A stretch of DNA of 34,921 nt from Candidatus Thalassarchaeum sp. (GCA_022449845.1 JAKUOE010000003.1:5166-40086), one strand, 5' to 3'. Shown: positions 8,512-17,828, counted from the first letter of the stretch. Notes: a model not told the origin generated them from the letters alone. Program-made: numbers and translations.

Positions 8512-11425
8512 TGAGACCCAGGTCGTAACGCCACCGACCAATCTCGGTCATGAGGCCATCTGCATCCCATTGGTAGACATCGAGGTTTGTGTGATCTGTT
8601 TGACCATTCGATGTACTCAAAGTGATTTCACCAGTACTCACTGCGTAATTTTCAGCAGTTGCTGAGATGCCGTGTTCGTTGACACGCTGTGGAGTCGCGG
8701 TGTTCGAACCAACATCTGCGAGCAAGGCCGCAGTTCCCAGGATGAGTGTGGCATCTCCAGCCCAACCTGCATAGGACTGCAACTCGGTACCATAGTTCAT
8801 CATGTACACATACTTGAGTTCGTGATCGTATTCTGCCTGATCGTGGTCGATTCCCATGCGGATTCCCGTCAGGCCGTCCAGATGGACCGTGTCGGATACA
8901 GTATCACCCATGGAGATGTCACCCATGCCATGGCCACCAATCTTGGCGATGTCCAAGGATTGCGAATGAATCTCAGCAAGGATGGCTGCGCCCTCGACAG
9001 ATTCAGCCAAAATGACAACTGAATCACAACCCGAAAGTGCAGCGACCTCGGTGGTAAAATCGGTCTGTGCTTGCGAAAAGGACTGTTCCAAGCAGGTGCT
9101 ACCTAGTGCTGCGCTGAGACCTGTCGCAATTGCAGTGTTGTCCATTCCGTTATCATATAGAATGGCGACATTTGAATGGCCAGCGTTTGAGATGTGAGCA
9201 GAGAGTGCGGAGACGTGGTGATCCTGCCCTGGCGAGACGCGCCAGAGATAGCCATAGTCGGAAGGTGTGCAGGTGAGGTCGCAACCAGACCAAGCGTCGT
9301 CCATCGCCTCATCGGAGAACACACCAAACGAAATCATCGGGACCTTGTTGCTCTCAGCTACCGTCAGTGCACCGAGAGCCTCCTCAGTCGAATGTGGGCC
9401 GATGACTCCAATGACGCCGGCGTTGACCAGAGCTTGCATGGCGCTGGCCGCACCAGATTGGGTCGATTGGGTGTCGGCAACGGTGAGGCTAAAGCAGGTG
9501 CCTCGCTGATTGATGTTCAACAGATCGACACCCAGTTGGACACCGTTCTCCTCACCCTGTGCATACGCTGAGTGGATGCCGGTCTCGGGGCTGAGCATAC
9601 CGATCACAACGGAGCGGGCATTGGCTCGGCATTGTGAAGAGATTCCAGTCCATTCATTCCAGAATCCCATTTCCTCAAATGACATGTCGATGAATCCATC
9701 GCCATCTTGGTCACCATCATCTTCGAATCGGAACAGGTTGTACATCATCTCAGGTGTGTTCCCATGAGAATCGAATGTGATGGTGCCACCGATTCCAGCA
9801 TAGTCGGTTCCAACGTCAGGAATTGCGGCTTTGATGTCGCTACCTGTGCTTGAGCCTGCTTGAATTGCAGCCTGAGCCATAATCATCGCTGCATCGTACG
9901 ATGCACCCGCATGAGATGGGGCCGCTGAACCATATGTAGAGAGGTAATCAGCATCGAAATCGGCCTGTAAGGGTGATGTCCAGGTTGTCGATGCGTTGGC
10001 GCCGACCACCCCCAACACAAGATCGCGACCGCTCGGCGGAAGAAGTTCGGGGAATTCAGCGTAACCGGCTTGGTGCGTGGTGACGATGCGTGCCTCCGGG
10101 AGAACGGCTTTGAACTTGGAAATCAATCGCGCAGCATCCACATCAGTAGAGGCAAACAAAGCATTTTCACAGCCATCATTCACAGCATCGTCACGAACCG
10201 CTTCAAGTTGTGCATCGGTTGGATTTTGTGGATATGCATAGACTCCACAGATATTGTTTGAATCGTATGATTCCAAAATGATACGCTCGGAGGCACGACC
10301 GAATCCATTGTCGACATACACGATCGCCAAGCCATTCAATTCGTAGATGTTCGACCACATGACGGCGCCCTTCGCACTGTCAGATTCACTGGGAATTACA
10401 CGCCAGATGAGGCCATCATCTTCGAGTTCTTCGAGACCACCATCAGAAACAAAGGGGGTAATCACCGGAATTTGATGTTCGATTGGTTTGGGATCGGGTT
10501 GATTTGCAGAAGGAGCGGTGAATGCATTGTCCAAAATCGAGTAGGATGAACCGCCAATGATTCCAGAGACGCCATCACCTTCAATGAGTGACCAAGCGCC
10601 GTTGAGACCTTTGGATCCACTGGATTCGGTGTCAAAGAAAACGAGTGAGAAGTCGTAGGCGCTCTGGGCCGCGTTGATGTCGTCGATGGCCATCTGAGCG
10701 GCATTCTCCAAGCCTTCTGCGAGGTGTGCGTTGTCACCGGTTCGCGGCGTCAGTACGCCAATCTTGACCTCGGTTACAGTACCGGTGAAAACCTCACAGC
10801 CATTCTCATCAACTGTGATTCCAGCAGGTGTGTCTGGACAGTTGTCATCGTCATCCAGAACACCGTCTCCATCACTGTCTTGTGGAACTGGGCAACCGTT
10901 AGCATCGACTTCCACACCGTCTTCAGTACCGGCACAATCGTCATCGCCATCAGAGACACCATCATTGTCGGCATCGTAAATGACTTCACAACCTGTTGCA
11001 TCGACTTCAACGCCAGCGAGTGTACCAGGGAAGGCATCTTGTCCATCAGGAACACCATCGCCATCGGTATCACAGGACCCGTCATCATCGGTCGCATCTG
11101 CATTGTAATTTGAGGCTGAAGAATCGGTACAGCCAGCAATCTCATCGACATCTGCGACTCCATCACCGTCTGTATCGACAGCCTTGGGGCAACCATTCCA
11201 TTCCACTTCAGTTCCTGCGGGTGTATCAGCACATTGATCGATGACATCGTAAATGCCATCGCCATCAGAATCAGCAAAGGTTGGATCTCCGGTTCCATCT
11301 CCGCCATCATTGGGCTCAGTCACGGGGTCTCCGCCACCATCATCGCCACCCAGGCAGCCGGCCAAACTGGCGGCCAACATTAGGGTCGTCATCAGTAGTC
11401 CGAGGAGTTGTCGCCGTGTGGTCAT
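8501..11425 (-). CDS. Surface lipoprotein with five thrombospondin-type-3-like Ca-binding repeats followed by two tandem type-I periplasmic-binding (LivK/LivJ-like) domains
   Basis: I place the start at ATG 11425 (MTTRRQLLGLLMTTLMLAASLAGC, lipobox-like). The track's 75-aa Arg/Ser-rich extension up to 11650 would overlap purM. Repeats are DSDGDGIYDVIDQC, DTDGDGVADVDE, DGDGVPDGQD, DADNDGVSDGDDDC and DSDGDGVLDDDDNC, spaced by C-x-T-x-x-G-x-x-V-D-x-x-G-C. The two binding modules begin VKIGVLTPRTGDNAHLAEG and VVIGMLSPETGIHSAYAQG. Confidence 0.75.
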   Translation of the reverse strand: MTTRRQLLGLLMTTLMLAASLAGCLGGDDGGGDPVTEPNDGGDGTGDPTFADSDGDGIYDVIDQCADTPAGTEVEWNGCPKAVDTDGDGVADVDEIAGCTDSSASNYNADATDDDGSCDTDGDGVPDGQDAFPGTLAGVEVDATGCEVIYDADNDGVSDGDDDCAGTEDGVEVDANGCPVPQDSDGDGVLDDDDNCPDTPAGITVDENGCEVFTGTVTEVKIGVLTPRTGDNAHLAEGLENAAQMAIDDINAAQSAYDFSLVFFDTESSGSKGLNGAWSLIEGDGVSGIIGGSSYSILDNAFTAPSANQPDPKPIEHQIPVITPFVSDGGLEELEDDGLIWRVIPSESDSAKGAVMWSNIYELNGLAIVYVDNGFGRASERIILESYDSNNICGVYAYPQNPTDAQLEAVRDDAVNDGCENALFASTDVDAARLISKFKAVLPEARIVTTHQAGYAEFPELLPPSGRDLVLGVVGANASTTWTSPLQADFDADYLSTYGSAAPSHAGASYDAAMIMAQAAIQAGSSTGSDIKAAIPDVGTDYAGIGGTITFDSHGNTPEMMYNLFRFEDDGDQDGDGFIDMSFEEMGFWNEWTGISSQCRANARSVVIGMLSPETGIHSAYAQGEENGVQLGVDLLNINQRGTCFSLTVADTQSTQSGAASAMQALVNAGVIGVIGPHSTEEALGALTVAESNKVPMISFGVFSDEAMDDAWSGCDLTCTPSDYGYLWRVSPGQDHHVSALSAHISNAGHSNVAILYDNGMDNTAIATGLSAALGSTCLEQSFSQAQTDFTTEVAALSGCDSVVILAESVEGAAILAEIHSQSLDIAKIGGHGMGDISMGDTVSDTVHLDGLTGIRMGIDHDQAEYDHELKYVYMMNYGTELQSYAGWAGDATLILGTAALLADVGSNTATPQRVNEHGISATAENYAVSTGEITLSTSNGQTDHTNLDVYQWDADGLMTEIGRWRYDLGLIMF

Positions 11426-11438
11426 CGTATCACTTCCG

Positions 11439-11455
11439 CACCCCCGGAGGGGGTG
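11439..11455. repeat. GC-rich hairpin/palindrome in the divergent lipoprotein/purM intergenic region
   Basis: caccccc-gga-gggggtg forms a 7-bp stem with a 3-nt loop. Confidence 0.4.
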
Positions 11456-11547
11456 GGTCGGGGTATGAAGTCTGCTGCGGCCCTGTTCGTGGACCGAAAT
11501 AGAGGGTGGCGGCAGCCTGAAGGGGCTATTGCGGCTCGCGCGGAGCG

Positions 11548-12672
11548 ATGAGCGACACAGGCGAGGGTCTCGACTACGCGAGCAGTGGCGTGGATATCGA
11601 CCTTGAAGGGGCCTCGGTCGCTTCACTTGTTGGCGCACTTTCGAAATCAATCAGAGCGCCGGGCACGCCCGGTGCACCTGTAGATCTGCCCGGTGGATTT
11701 GGTGGCCTCATCGAATTCGGAGACAACCTGCTCGCTCTGGCCACGGATGGTGTGGGTAGCAAATTGCAAATCGCCTCGATGATGGGACATTGGAGCGGGG
11801 TTGGAATCGACTGTATGGCGATGAATGTCAACGATCTTTTGTGCGTAGGCGCGGAAGCGATTGCATTCGTCGATTACATTGCAGTCCCCAAGCCGGACCC
11901 GGAGCAACATGCAGCCATTGGTGAGAGTCTTGCTGAAGCTTGTCGAATCGCCCGTGTGACTCTCGCTGGAGGGGAAACGGCGAGCCTGCCTGGAATCGTC
12001 ACGGAACTGGATCTTTCCGGTACAGCACTCGGTTGGTTGCCCAAAGGTGCCGCAATTACAGGCGCCAACATCAGTGCAGGGGATGTCATGATTGGCTTGC
12101 CTGCCAGCGGTGTACATTCAAACGGATTCTCATTGGTTCGCAAGGTCGTCGAAGTGAGTGGACTTTCCTACACGGATTCAGCACCGTTCGACACCGAACA
12201 CGCTGGGCGTGAAATCGTCCGAATGGGAGATGGAGACATTACTCTCGGTGAAGTTCTTCTCAATCCGACTCGAATCTACGTCGACCCCGTGACCGACCTC
12301 ATCGATGCTTGTCGCGACGGAAGCGGGCCTTGTCCTGCCGATGCACTTCACGGAATCTGCCACGTGACGGGTGGGGGCCTATCCAATCTGCTCAGGCTGC
12401 ATGACAGTCTCGGTTGGCATATCGACAGCCCCTTGCCTGCACTCCCTGAATTCAAATGGATTCAACAGACGGGTGGAATCACAGACAGAGAGATGGCGCG
12501 GACATTCAATCTCGGCATGGGTATGGTCTTGGTTGTCGATTCTGCGCACGCGGACGCGGTCTGCGATTGGGTCTCTTCACGAATGGAAGGAACTCAAAGG
12601 GTGGGAGAGGTTTGTGACCATGGCCACAAGGTGACACACGTCAATCCCGACATTGTCTTCGAACACTACTGA
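11548..12672 (+). CDS. purM: Phosphoribosylformylglycinamidine cyclo-ligase (AIR synthetase)
   Basis: 374-aa ORF with GLDYASSGVDIDL, LATDGVGSKL, DLLCVGAEA..FVDY and GGETA, the usual PurM motifs. Confidence 0.9.
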   Translation: MSDTGEGLDYASSGVDIDLEGASVASLVGALSKSIRAPGTPGAPVDLPGGFGGLIEFGDNLLALATDGVGSKLQIASMMGHWSGVGIDCMAMNVNDLLCVGAEAIAFVDYIAVPKPDPEQHAAIGESLAEACRIARVTLAGGETASLPGIVTELDLSGTALGWLPKGAAITGANISAGDVMIGLPASGVHSNGFSLVRKVVEVSGLSYTDSAPFDTEHAGREIVRMGDGDITLGEVLLNPTRIYVDPVTDLIDACRDGSGPCPADALHGICHVTGGGLSNLLRLHDSLGWHIDSPLPALPEFKWIQQTGGITDREMARTFNLGMGMVLVVDSAHADAVCDWVSSRMEGTQRVGEVCDHGHKVTHVNPDIVFEHY

Positions 12673-12681
12673 GGTGATGCG

Positions 12682-13920
12682 GTGACCAAACCTGAGATCG
12701 TCCTTGAAGGACGGACTCATCATCGAATTCCACCAGCCACGGAAGGGCGCACTGAGAAGCAATTGGAACGTCATGGAAAGGGTCCTGCGGACCGTGCACA
12801 TCGTTCGGCCTTCCACAATCCAGCGATGGCGGACTGTCGCACGCGAAGTGTACTGCTGATGGATCATATGCTCGATACGGAATGGTTCAACAAGCCGAAA
12901 ATCCACGTGCTGGATGCGCTCTGCGCAACCGGCAGTCGAATCAATCGATGGTTGACCGAACTGCCGAGCGAGAAAGCTGAGCGACTGATGGTGGTTGGAG
13001 CCGACCTCGATGCGGAAGCACTGGAATACGCCAGAGAAAACTGTCCTGAGGTCGAGTTCCTCCACAAGGATTCACGGCAGGTCCTGCTCTCTTCGGGTTG
13101 GCAATGGGTCGACATTGACCCCTTCGGTTCACCGGTTCCATTCCTAGATTCGGCCATGCAATCCAGTGCGAGGCGGGCTGTGATGGAGGTGACAGCGACC
13201 GATACTGCAGCGCTAACTGGTTCATCTGCAAGTGCGTGCCTGCGCCGCTACGGAGCAAAAATCCGGACGGATGAGATGGCGCATGATTCCGCACTGAGAT
13301 TGTTGATGGCAACCGTTGCAAGGACGGCTGCTCAGCACGACCGTTGCATCATGCCACTCTTGTCATCATGGGATTCTCATCATATTCGAGTATCCGTCAA
13401 GGTCCATCGCTCGATCCAATCTGCGAACTTGCTTGAAGAGAATCTTGGATGGCGCGTCGCATCGCCCACACCTGATGAATTGCAGGCTGCAACAGATGCG
13501 GGTCTGCATCCACAGGGCAATGCGCCAGAACAGCCGTTCTGTCTGCTACCCTTCACCCATCCTGTCAGTCGGAACGACAAGCGAATCTCGGGGCCGCTCT
13601 GGACGGGGCCACTGTTCGATTCTGATGTCCTGGCCTCGATGACCGTAGAGAGGGCCATGGAATTGTGCGGAGACGATGCGGAGCCTGCCGTGCGACATTG
13701 GGTGGGTGAATCGGAACTGGGAGGGACGCCATCTCTCATCATGACAGATATGCTACCAAGATACTGTGATGTGGGTGGGCCTCCGAGGATTAGCAGACTG
13801 GTAGAAGGCTTGCAGTCTGCTGGTTTCAAGGCTGCGATTGCCAGATGGGGTGCTCCTTCAATCCGCACTGATGCACCTTGGCCAGAGGTCCTCAAAGCGA
13901 CAGAAGCCTGCTTTGACTAG
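12682..13920 (+). CDS. trm1: tRNA (guanine(26)-N2)-dimethyltransferase Trm1
   Basis: 412-aa ORF with a GTG start. Motifs are FHNPAM, VLDALCATGSRINRW (SAM motif I) and VDIDPFGSPVPFLDSAMQS. Confidence 0.85.
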   Translation: MTKPEIVLEGRTHHRIPPATEGRTEKQLERHGKGPADRAHRSAFHNPAMADCRTRSVLLMDHMLDTEWFNKPKIHVLDALCATGSRINRWLTELPSEKAERLMVVGADLDAEALEYARENCPEVEFLHKDSRQVLLSSGWQWVDIDPFGSPVPFLDSAMQSSARRAVMEVTATDTAALTGSSASACLRRYGAKIRTDEMAHDSALRLLMATVARTAAQHDRCIMPLLSSWDSHHIRVSVKVHRSIQSANLLEENLGWRVASPTPDELQAATDAGLHPQGNAPEQPFCLLPFTHPVSRNDKRISGPLWTGPLFDSDVLASMTVERAMELCGDDAEPAVRHWVGESELGGTPSLIMTDMLPRYCDVGGPPRISRLVEGLQSAGFKAAIARWGAPSIRTDAPWPEVLKATEACFD

Positions 13921-14909
13921 CCGCCGATGTAGGACATTTCCACGCGCACGCGTGAGGGCGATGCTTCGGCTCGAATCTCAGAGTAACGATCGTCGCGCTC
14001 ACTCCAACATGATTCAATCATCGCCACGAGTTCGGCATCGGTTGCACCCTCACGCATTGGCGTCAGCAGGTCTAGTCCTGATGTCGCGAACAGGCATGTG
14101 TAGAGATGACCATCTGCAGACAGGCGAGCGCGGGTGCAATCGCCACAGAACGGTTCGGTCACACTGGTAATCAGGCCAACCTCTCCACCTTGCGGCAAAC
14201 GGTAACGCTTGGCAACCTCTCCAGGGTACTGCGATGGAATGGGTTCAAGATCGGTGAGAAGGCTACGGATTTCATCAGCGGTGACAACATCGTCCATGGC
14301 CCAACCATTGGTCGTTCCAACATCCATGTATTCGATGAACCGCGTTGCGATATCTCGACTGGAGAAGCGCTCAACCAAATCAAGTATCTCGCCCTCATTG
14401 GCTCCTCTCTTGACCACGGTGTTGACCTTGATTGGACCCAAGCCAACCGATTCTGCGGCTTCGATTCCAGCGAGAACGGCCGCCACGGTATGACCTGAAT
14501 CGGTGATTGCTGCGAAGGTCGCCTCATCCAGCGCATCCAGACTGACGGTGACACGGTCCAAACCTGCCGCAGAAAGTGCTGGCGCGTATCTAGGTAGAAG
14601 CACGCCGTTGGTCGTCATTGCAAGTTCCACACCGTGCAGAGCCAGCATGGAAATCAATTCGTGCAAATCGCGACGTAGCAACGGCTCTCCACCTGAAAGA
14701 CGAATCTTCTCGACGCCTAGGGAGACGAACAGGCTCGCCAAGCGATCGATTTCCTCGTAGGACATGATGTCCGCGCGCGGAAGGAATGGGAAATCAGGAC
14801 CGAAGACTTCCCGCGGCATACAGTAGCGGCAGCGCATGTTGCAGCGGTCGGTGACCGAGATTCGCAGGTCCCGCAAGGGTCGCCCCCGCGTGTCCAATAA
14901 CTCGGCCAT
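13917..14909 (-). CDS. moaA: GTP 3',8-cyclase MoaA (radical SAM, molybdenum cofactor biosynthesis)
   Basis: The sequence reads LRISVTDRCNMRCRYCMP (CxxxCxxC cluster), GGEPLLR, and a C-terminal CGDCTRARLSADGHLYTCLF second cluster. ATG 14909 is preferred over GTG 14924. Its stop overlaps the trm1 stop within CTAG at 13917-13920. Confidence 0.9.
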   Translation of the reverse strand: MAELLDTRGRPLRDLRISVTDRCNMRCRYCMPREVFGPDFPFLPRADIMSYEEIDRLASLFVSLGVEKIRLSGGEPLLRRDLHELISMLALHGVELAMTTNGVLLPRYAPALSAAGLDRVTVSLDALDEATFAAITDSGHTVAAVLAGIEAAESVGLGPIKVNTVVKRGANEGEILDLVERFSSRDIATRFIEYMDVGTTNGWAMDDVVTADEIRSLLTDLEPIPSQYPGEVAKRYRLPQGGEVGLITSVTEPFCGDCTRARLSADGHLYTCLFATSGLDLLTPMREGATDAELVAMIESCWSERDDRYSEIRAEASPSRVRVEMSYIGG

Positions 14910-14973
14910 GCACTTCCCTTTCACTGGGTCACCCTAACCCTTTCTCAGTGGCTGTGACGCTTCGAAAAAGAGT

Positions 14974-14991
14974 GGGAGTCCCGGGACCCCC
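14974..14991. repeat. 18-bp GC-rich near-palindrome in the moaA/acidic-protein divergent intergenic region
   Basis: GGGAGTCCCGGGACCCCC has a perfect GTCCCGGGAC core at 14978-14987. One mismatched pair flanks it. Confidence 0.4.
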
Positions 14992-15000
14992 ACGATTTCT

Positions 15001-15008
15001 TTGATATA
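15001..15008 (+). promoter_or_regulatory. TATA-box-like element (TTGATATA) upstream of the acidic secreted protein gene
   Basis: TTGATATA ends 24 nt before ATG 15032, which fits a leaderless or near-leaderless archaeal transcript. The same octamer precedes the methyltransferase gene. Confidence 0.35.
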
Positions 15009-15031
15009 CCATCTGAGACAACTACAGAGGG

Positions 15032-16711
15032 ATGTTCGGAAAACGTACTTACTGCATATTGGGAACAATGCTGTTGGCATTCGCGTCTTTAGGCGCTGGA
15101 ATGGTCTCAGCTGAAGATTGTAATGGACAGACCGTTGATCTGGAGGAACTTGGTATCCTCGAAGTCAGCATGAGCGAGGACGGGGTGGTTGAAGCTCTCA
15201 TTGTCAAGGAAGCCTTCTTTGCTTTCTTGAACGCGGACGAGAGCGATTTACCGGCCATTGAGTCGGTTGCCATGTCCGTCGGTTTAGACGAAGAGGGCAA
15301 TCTCCTGCTCAGCGACTTCGAAATTAACGCGGGTGAGACCCAGCCCGACGATGTTGCCGTTACACTGCGACTCAGCGATGAGTTGGTTGACCTTCTCCAC
15401 TCCGAAGATGTCGATCTGAGTGATTTACTCAGTGAGATTGGTATGGAAGATGGCGAAGAAGACTACGAGGAATACTACGGTTCACGCATACACTGGGCTG
15501 ACGAGGCCTACCAGCTGCGTGGAAGCCAGGACGATTACGACCGTGTCATGGACTCCGAGGACCCTCAGCAGGAATTCTACGAAATCTACGATGAGATGAT
15601 GCACGACTGGGATGAATATGATCCCGAAGAAGACGTCAACGAAACCGAAGAGGACTGGGAAGAGGTTGAGCCCGAAGAAGACCCGATTATCGACTGCAAC
15701 GAGAACGATGCAGAAGACGCGGAGGACATCTCAAACGGAACCTCGGATGACTACAACGCGAACGGGATTCCCGATGAGTGTGAAGACTTCGTTGAAGAGG
15801 ATGCTCGAGACCGCCTAGAGGACTTGGTGGAGACGCGAGATGGTGAAATCACTCAGGTGATCATCATTGTCAACACCGACGGCGATATTGCAGATGTGAC
15901 AATCATTGTCATCTACGAAGATGGCGATTACGACATGTACGTGTTCACCACGCTACTCATCGACATCCGCGAGCAGTTGCTCGATATCGATGCAATCGTC
16001 ATCTGGAACTGGATCCCAACACCTCCAGTCGATGATACCGATGAGGACGAGGATGATGGCCCAGATGTGCTGCGCGAGCGCTGCGCACGCGGTCTACTCC
16101 GAGGCACCTTCACGATTGACGACGAGGGTAACGGCACGGTTCGTGGCCTGGTCATGAACATGGATGGCGATGTCATCGGCAACATGTGGGGCACGTTCGA
16201 TTCGGACGGCTTCATGCGCGGCTTCGGTGGCGCTGACAACTCGACGGATGCCATGTGGAAGGCGGGCGCTGACGAAGGCCTGTTCCGAGGCCTATGGCGA
16301 ACCACCAGCGAAGATGTCGACCCCATGCATGGGATCCTGAAGGGACACTATGAGGTCAACGAGGCTGGCGATGGCGGGGTCTTCCACGGCAAGTGGAAGG
16401 CGGTCGACTGCCGCGACGATCTCGAAGTGGAAGAGAGAGACTCACTGCCTCCAGTCATCGACACTGCGCCACGACACATGCCACTGCAAGTGGATGTAGA
16501 CCGGGCAGACGATGTGCGCCAGTTGGACAAGACACCCAAGCAGAAGCCACTGAAGGACAAGCTCAGTGACGTGATGGACAAGCCTCTTGTTGAGGATTCA
16601 GAAGGTGGCTCAATCGTCGATGTCGGCGAGGCTGCGGCTGGATCCACTCTGGGAACCATTGCTCTACTCGGTGCAGGCTTCTTGCGACGCCGCATCACAG
16701 GTGGACTCTGA
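15032..16711 (+). CDS. Highly acidic secreted protein with one DCN..NGIPDEC dockerin-like motif, Gly-aromatic repeats and a C-terminal TM+RRR anchor
   Basis: 559-aa ORF with signal peptide MFGKRTYCILGTMLLAFASLGAGMVSA and long D/E-rich tracts. It contains DCNENDAEDAEDISNGTSDDYNANGIPDECED. About seven G-x-hydrophobic-[RKH]-G-x-[WFY] repeats lie between GLLRGTF and GVFHGKWK. The C-terminus is GSTLGTIALLGAGFLRRRITGGL. Confidence 0.7.
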   Translation: MFGKRTYCILGTMLLAFASLGAGMVSAEDCNGQTVDLEELGILEVSMSEDGVVEALIVKEAFFAFLNADESDLPAIESVAMSVGLDEEGNLLLSDFEINAGETQPDDVAVTLRLSDELVDLLHSEDVDLSDLLSEIGMEDGEEDYEEYYGSRIHWADEAYQLRGSQDDYDRVMDSEDPQQEFYEIYDEMMHDWDEYDPEEDVNETEEDWEEVEPEEDPIIDCNENDAEDAEDISNGTSDDYNANGIPDECEDFVEEDARDRLEDLVETRDGEITQVIIIVNTDGDIADVTIIVIYEDGDYDMYVFTTLLIDIREQLLDIDAIVIWNWIPTPPVDDTDEDEDDGPDVLRERCARGLLRGTFTIDDEGNGTVRGLVMNMDGDVIGNMWGTFDSDGFMRGFGGADNSTDAMWKAGADEGLFRGLWRTTSEDVDPMHGILKGHYEVNEAGDGGVFHGKWKAVDCRDDLEVEERDSLPPVIDTAPRHMPLQVDVDRADDVRQLDKTPKQKPLKDKLSDVMDKPLVEDSEGGSIVDVGEAAAGSTLGTIALLGAGFLRRRITGGL

Positions 16712-16752
16712 GTCGGTACGCTGCTCTGACCACACCCTAGAATGACACACAT

Positions 16753-16797
16753 GTCCCTCGGGGGCGCTTCGGCGCCCTCGGGGGGCTTTTTTCGTTT
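16753..16797 (+). terminator. Intrinsic-terminator-like hairpin followed by a T-tract
   Basis: A 15-bp stem (three G-U pairs) spans 16753-16786 around loop ttcg (16768-16771). It is followed by tttttt at 16787-16792. It lies 42 nt after the stop at 16711. Confidence 0.6.
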
Positions 16798-16861
16798 CAA
16801 TAACGATTGATACGCAGATTCAAAGAGCCGGGCAGGCCCCCATACAACCGAAGGGGAGCCC

Positions 16862-17425
16862 ATGCTGACCATTACTGACCTGGCCAAAGAGAAATTGGCG
16901 GGCTTTGCTGCGCAGGCAGAAGATTCCGATACACTGGTGCTTCGCGTGGCAATCGTCGGTCGTGGTGCCAACGGATTCCAGTACGATTTGCAACTGATTT
17001 CACAGAAGGATGCGCCTGAGGACGATGTCGTGGTCGAAATCGATGGCGTGATTGTCTCAGTCGCTGAGAAGAGTGCGGTGCACATGGATGGTGCAACCTT
17101 GGACTTCAAGGAGAGTCTGATGGGTGGTGGCTTCCACTTTGAGAATCCGAATCCACTCTGGGCGGACCCAACAGAACAAGCGGTGGCTGAGATTATTGAA
17201 AGCAAGGTCAACCCCGCTGTCGCTTCACACGGTGGAACGGTGAGTCTGGTTGGGGTTGATGATGGACAGGCTGTCATTTCCTTTGGCGGTGGATGCCAGG
17301 GTTGTGGTATGGCGGATGTCACACTCAAGCAAGGCATTGTGGTCATGCTTATGGATGAAGTTGAGGGCATTACCGGTGTTGTCGATATCACCGATCATGC
17401 AGCAGGAACCAATCCGTTCTACTGA
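16862..17425 (+). CDS. NfuA-like Fe-S cluster carrier (degenerate IscA-like N-domain plus Nfu C-domain)
   Basis: 187-aa ORF. The N-terminal part reads ITDLAKEKL...LRVAIVGRGANGFQYDL. The C-terminal part reads VNPAVASHGGTVSLVGVDDGQAVISFGGGCQGCGMADVTLKQGI, with the CxxC of Nfu. GAAGGGGAG lies upstream of the ATG. Confidence 0.8.
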   Translation: MLTITDLAKEKLAGFAAQAEDSDTLVLRVAIVGRGANGFQYDLQLISQKDAPEDDVVVEIDGVIVSVAEKSAVHMDGATLDFKESLMGGGFHFENPNPLWADPTEQAVAEIIESKVNPAVASHGGTVSLVGVDDGQAVISFGGGCQGCGMADVTLKQGIVVMLMDEVEGITGVVDITDHAAGTNPFY

Positions 17426-17465
17426 GGCGCTGCGCAGCCCCTACCCTCTGGTTAGCTGGACGTGT

Positions 17466-17828
17466 CTATTCTCCGTGCGCTTCGAGCAAATCAATTGGAA
17501 TCACAGCCAACGCTTCCTCGTGGGTGCAATCCAAACTCACAGGCCAAGCCACGCCCTCATTGGCGGCATCCAACCAAGTCTGAGCGCATACACACCAGCG
17601 ATCTCCGGCCTTCAATCCTGGAAAATTGAACTGGGGTGCGGGCGTAATCAAATCGTTGCCCTTTGAGCGTGCGAACTGAAGGAAATCGTCCGTCACAATA
17701 CAACAGACGACGTGCGAGCCTCGGTCACTGGCATCGGTATTGCAACAGCCATCGCGAAACCAACCGGTCATCGGGTCTGTGGAACATGGTTGGAGTTCGG
17801 TGCCGTTGACGTTCACGCTTTCGTGCAT
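17466..17828 (-). CDS. DUF2237 family protein
   Basis: 120-aa ORF with LQPCSTDPMTGWFRDGCCNT...HVVCCIVTDDFLQFARSKGNDL...GLKAGDRWCVCAQTW, the characteristic DUF2237 pattern. Confidence 0.75.
   Translation of the reverse strand: MHESVNVNGTELQPCSTDPMTGWFRDGCCNTDASDRGSHVVCCIVTDDFLQFARSKGNDLITPAPQFNFPGLKAGDRWCVCAQTWLDAANEGVAWPVSLDCTHEEALAVIPIDLLEAHGE

Noticed and set aside
10780-11300. Periodic DNA-level repeats (gatggcgat / gacaccatc types), considered as a possible CRISPR or tandem repeat
   Set aside because: They lie inside an ORF and correspond exactly to the DxDxDGxxD thrombospondin-type-3 protein repeats. There is no repeat-spacer structure.
11426-11650. 75-aa N-terminal extension of the lipoprotein ORF that overlaps purM
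   Set aside because: The extension is Arg/Ser/Pro-rich and would overlap the purM 5' end on the opposite strand. ATG 11425 is followed at once by a signal peptide and lipobox.
16348-17391. 347-aa minus-strand ORF spanning the 3' end of the acidic-protein gene, the terminator spacer and most of the NfuA-like gene
   Set aside because: It is antisense to two well-supported genes. Its translation is low-complexity and Ser/Thr/Pro-rich with no motifs. This is the typical shadow ORF of GC-biased codon usage.
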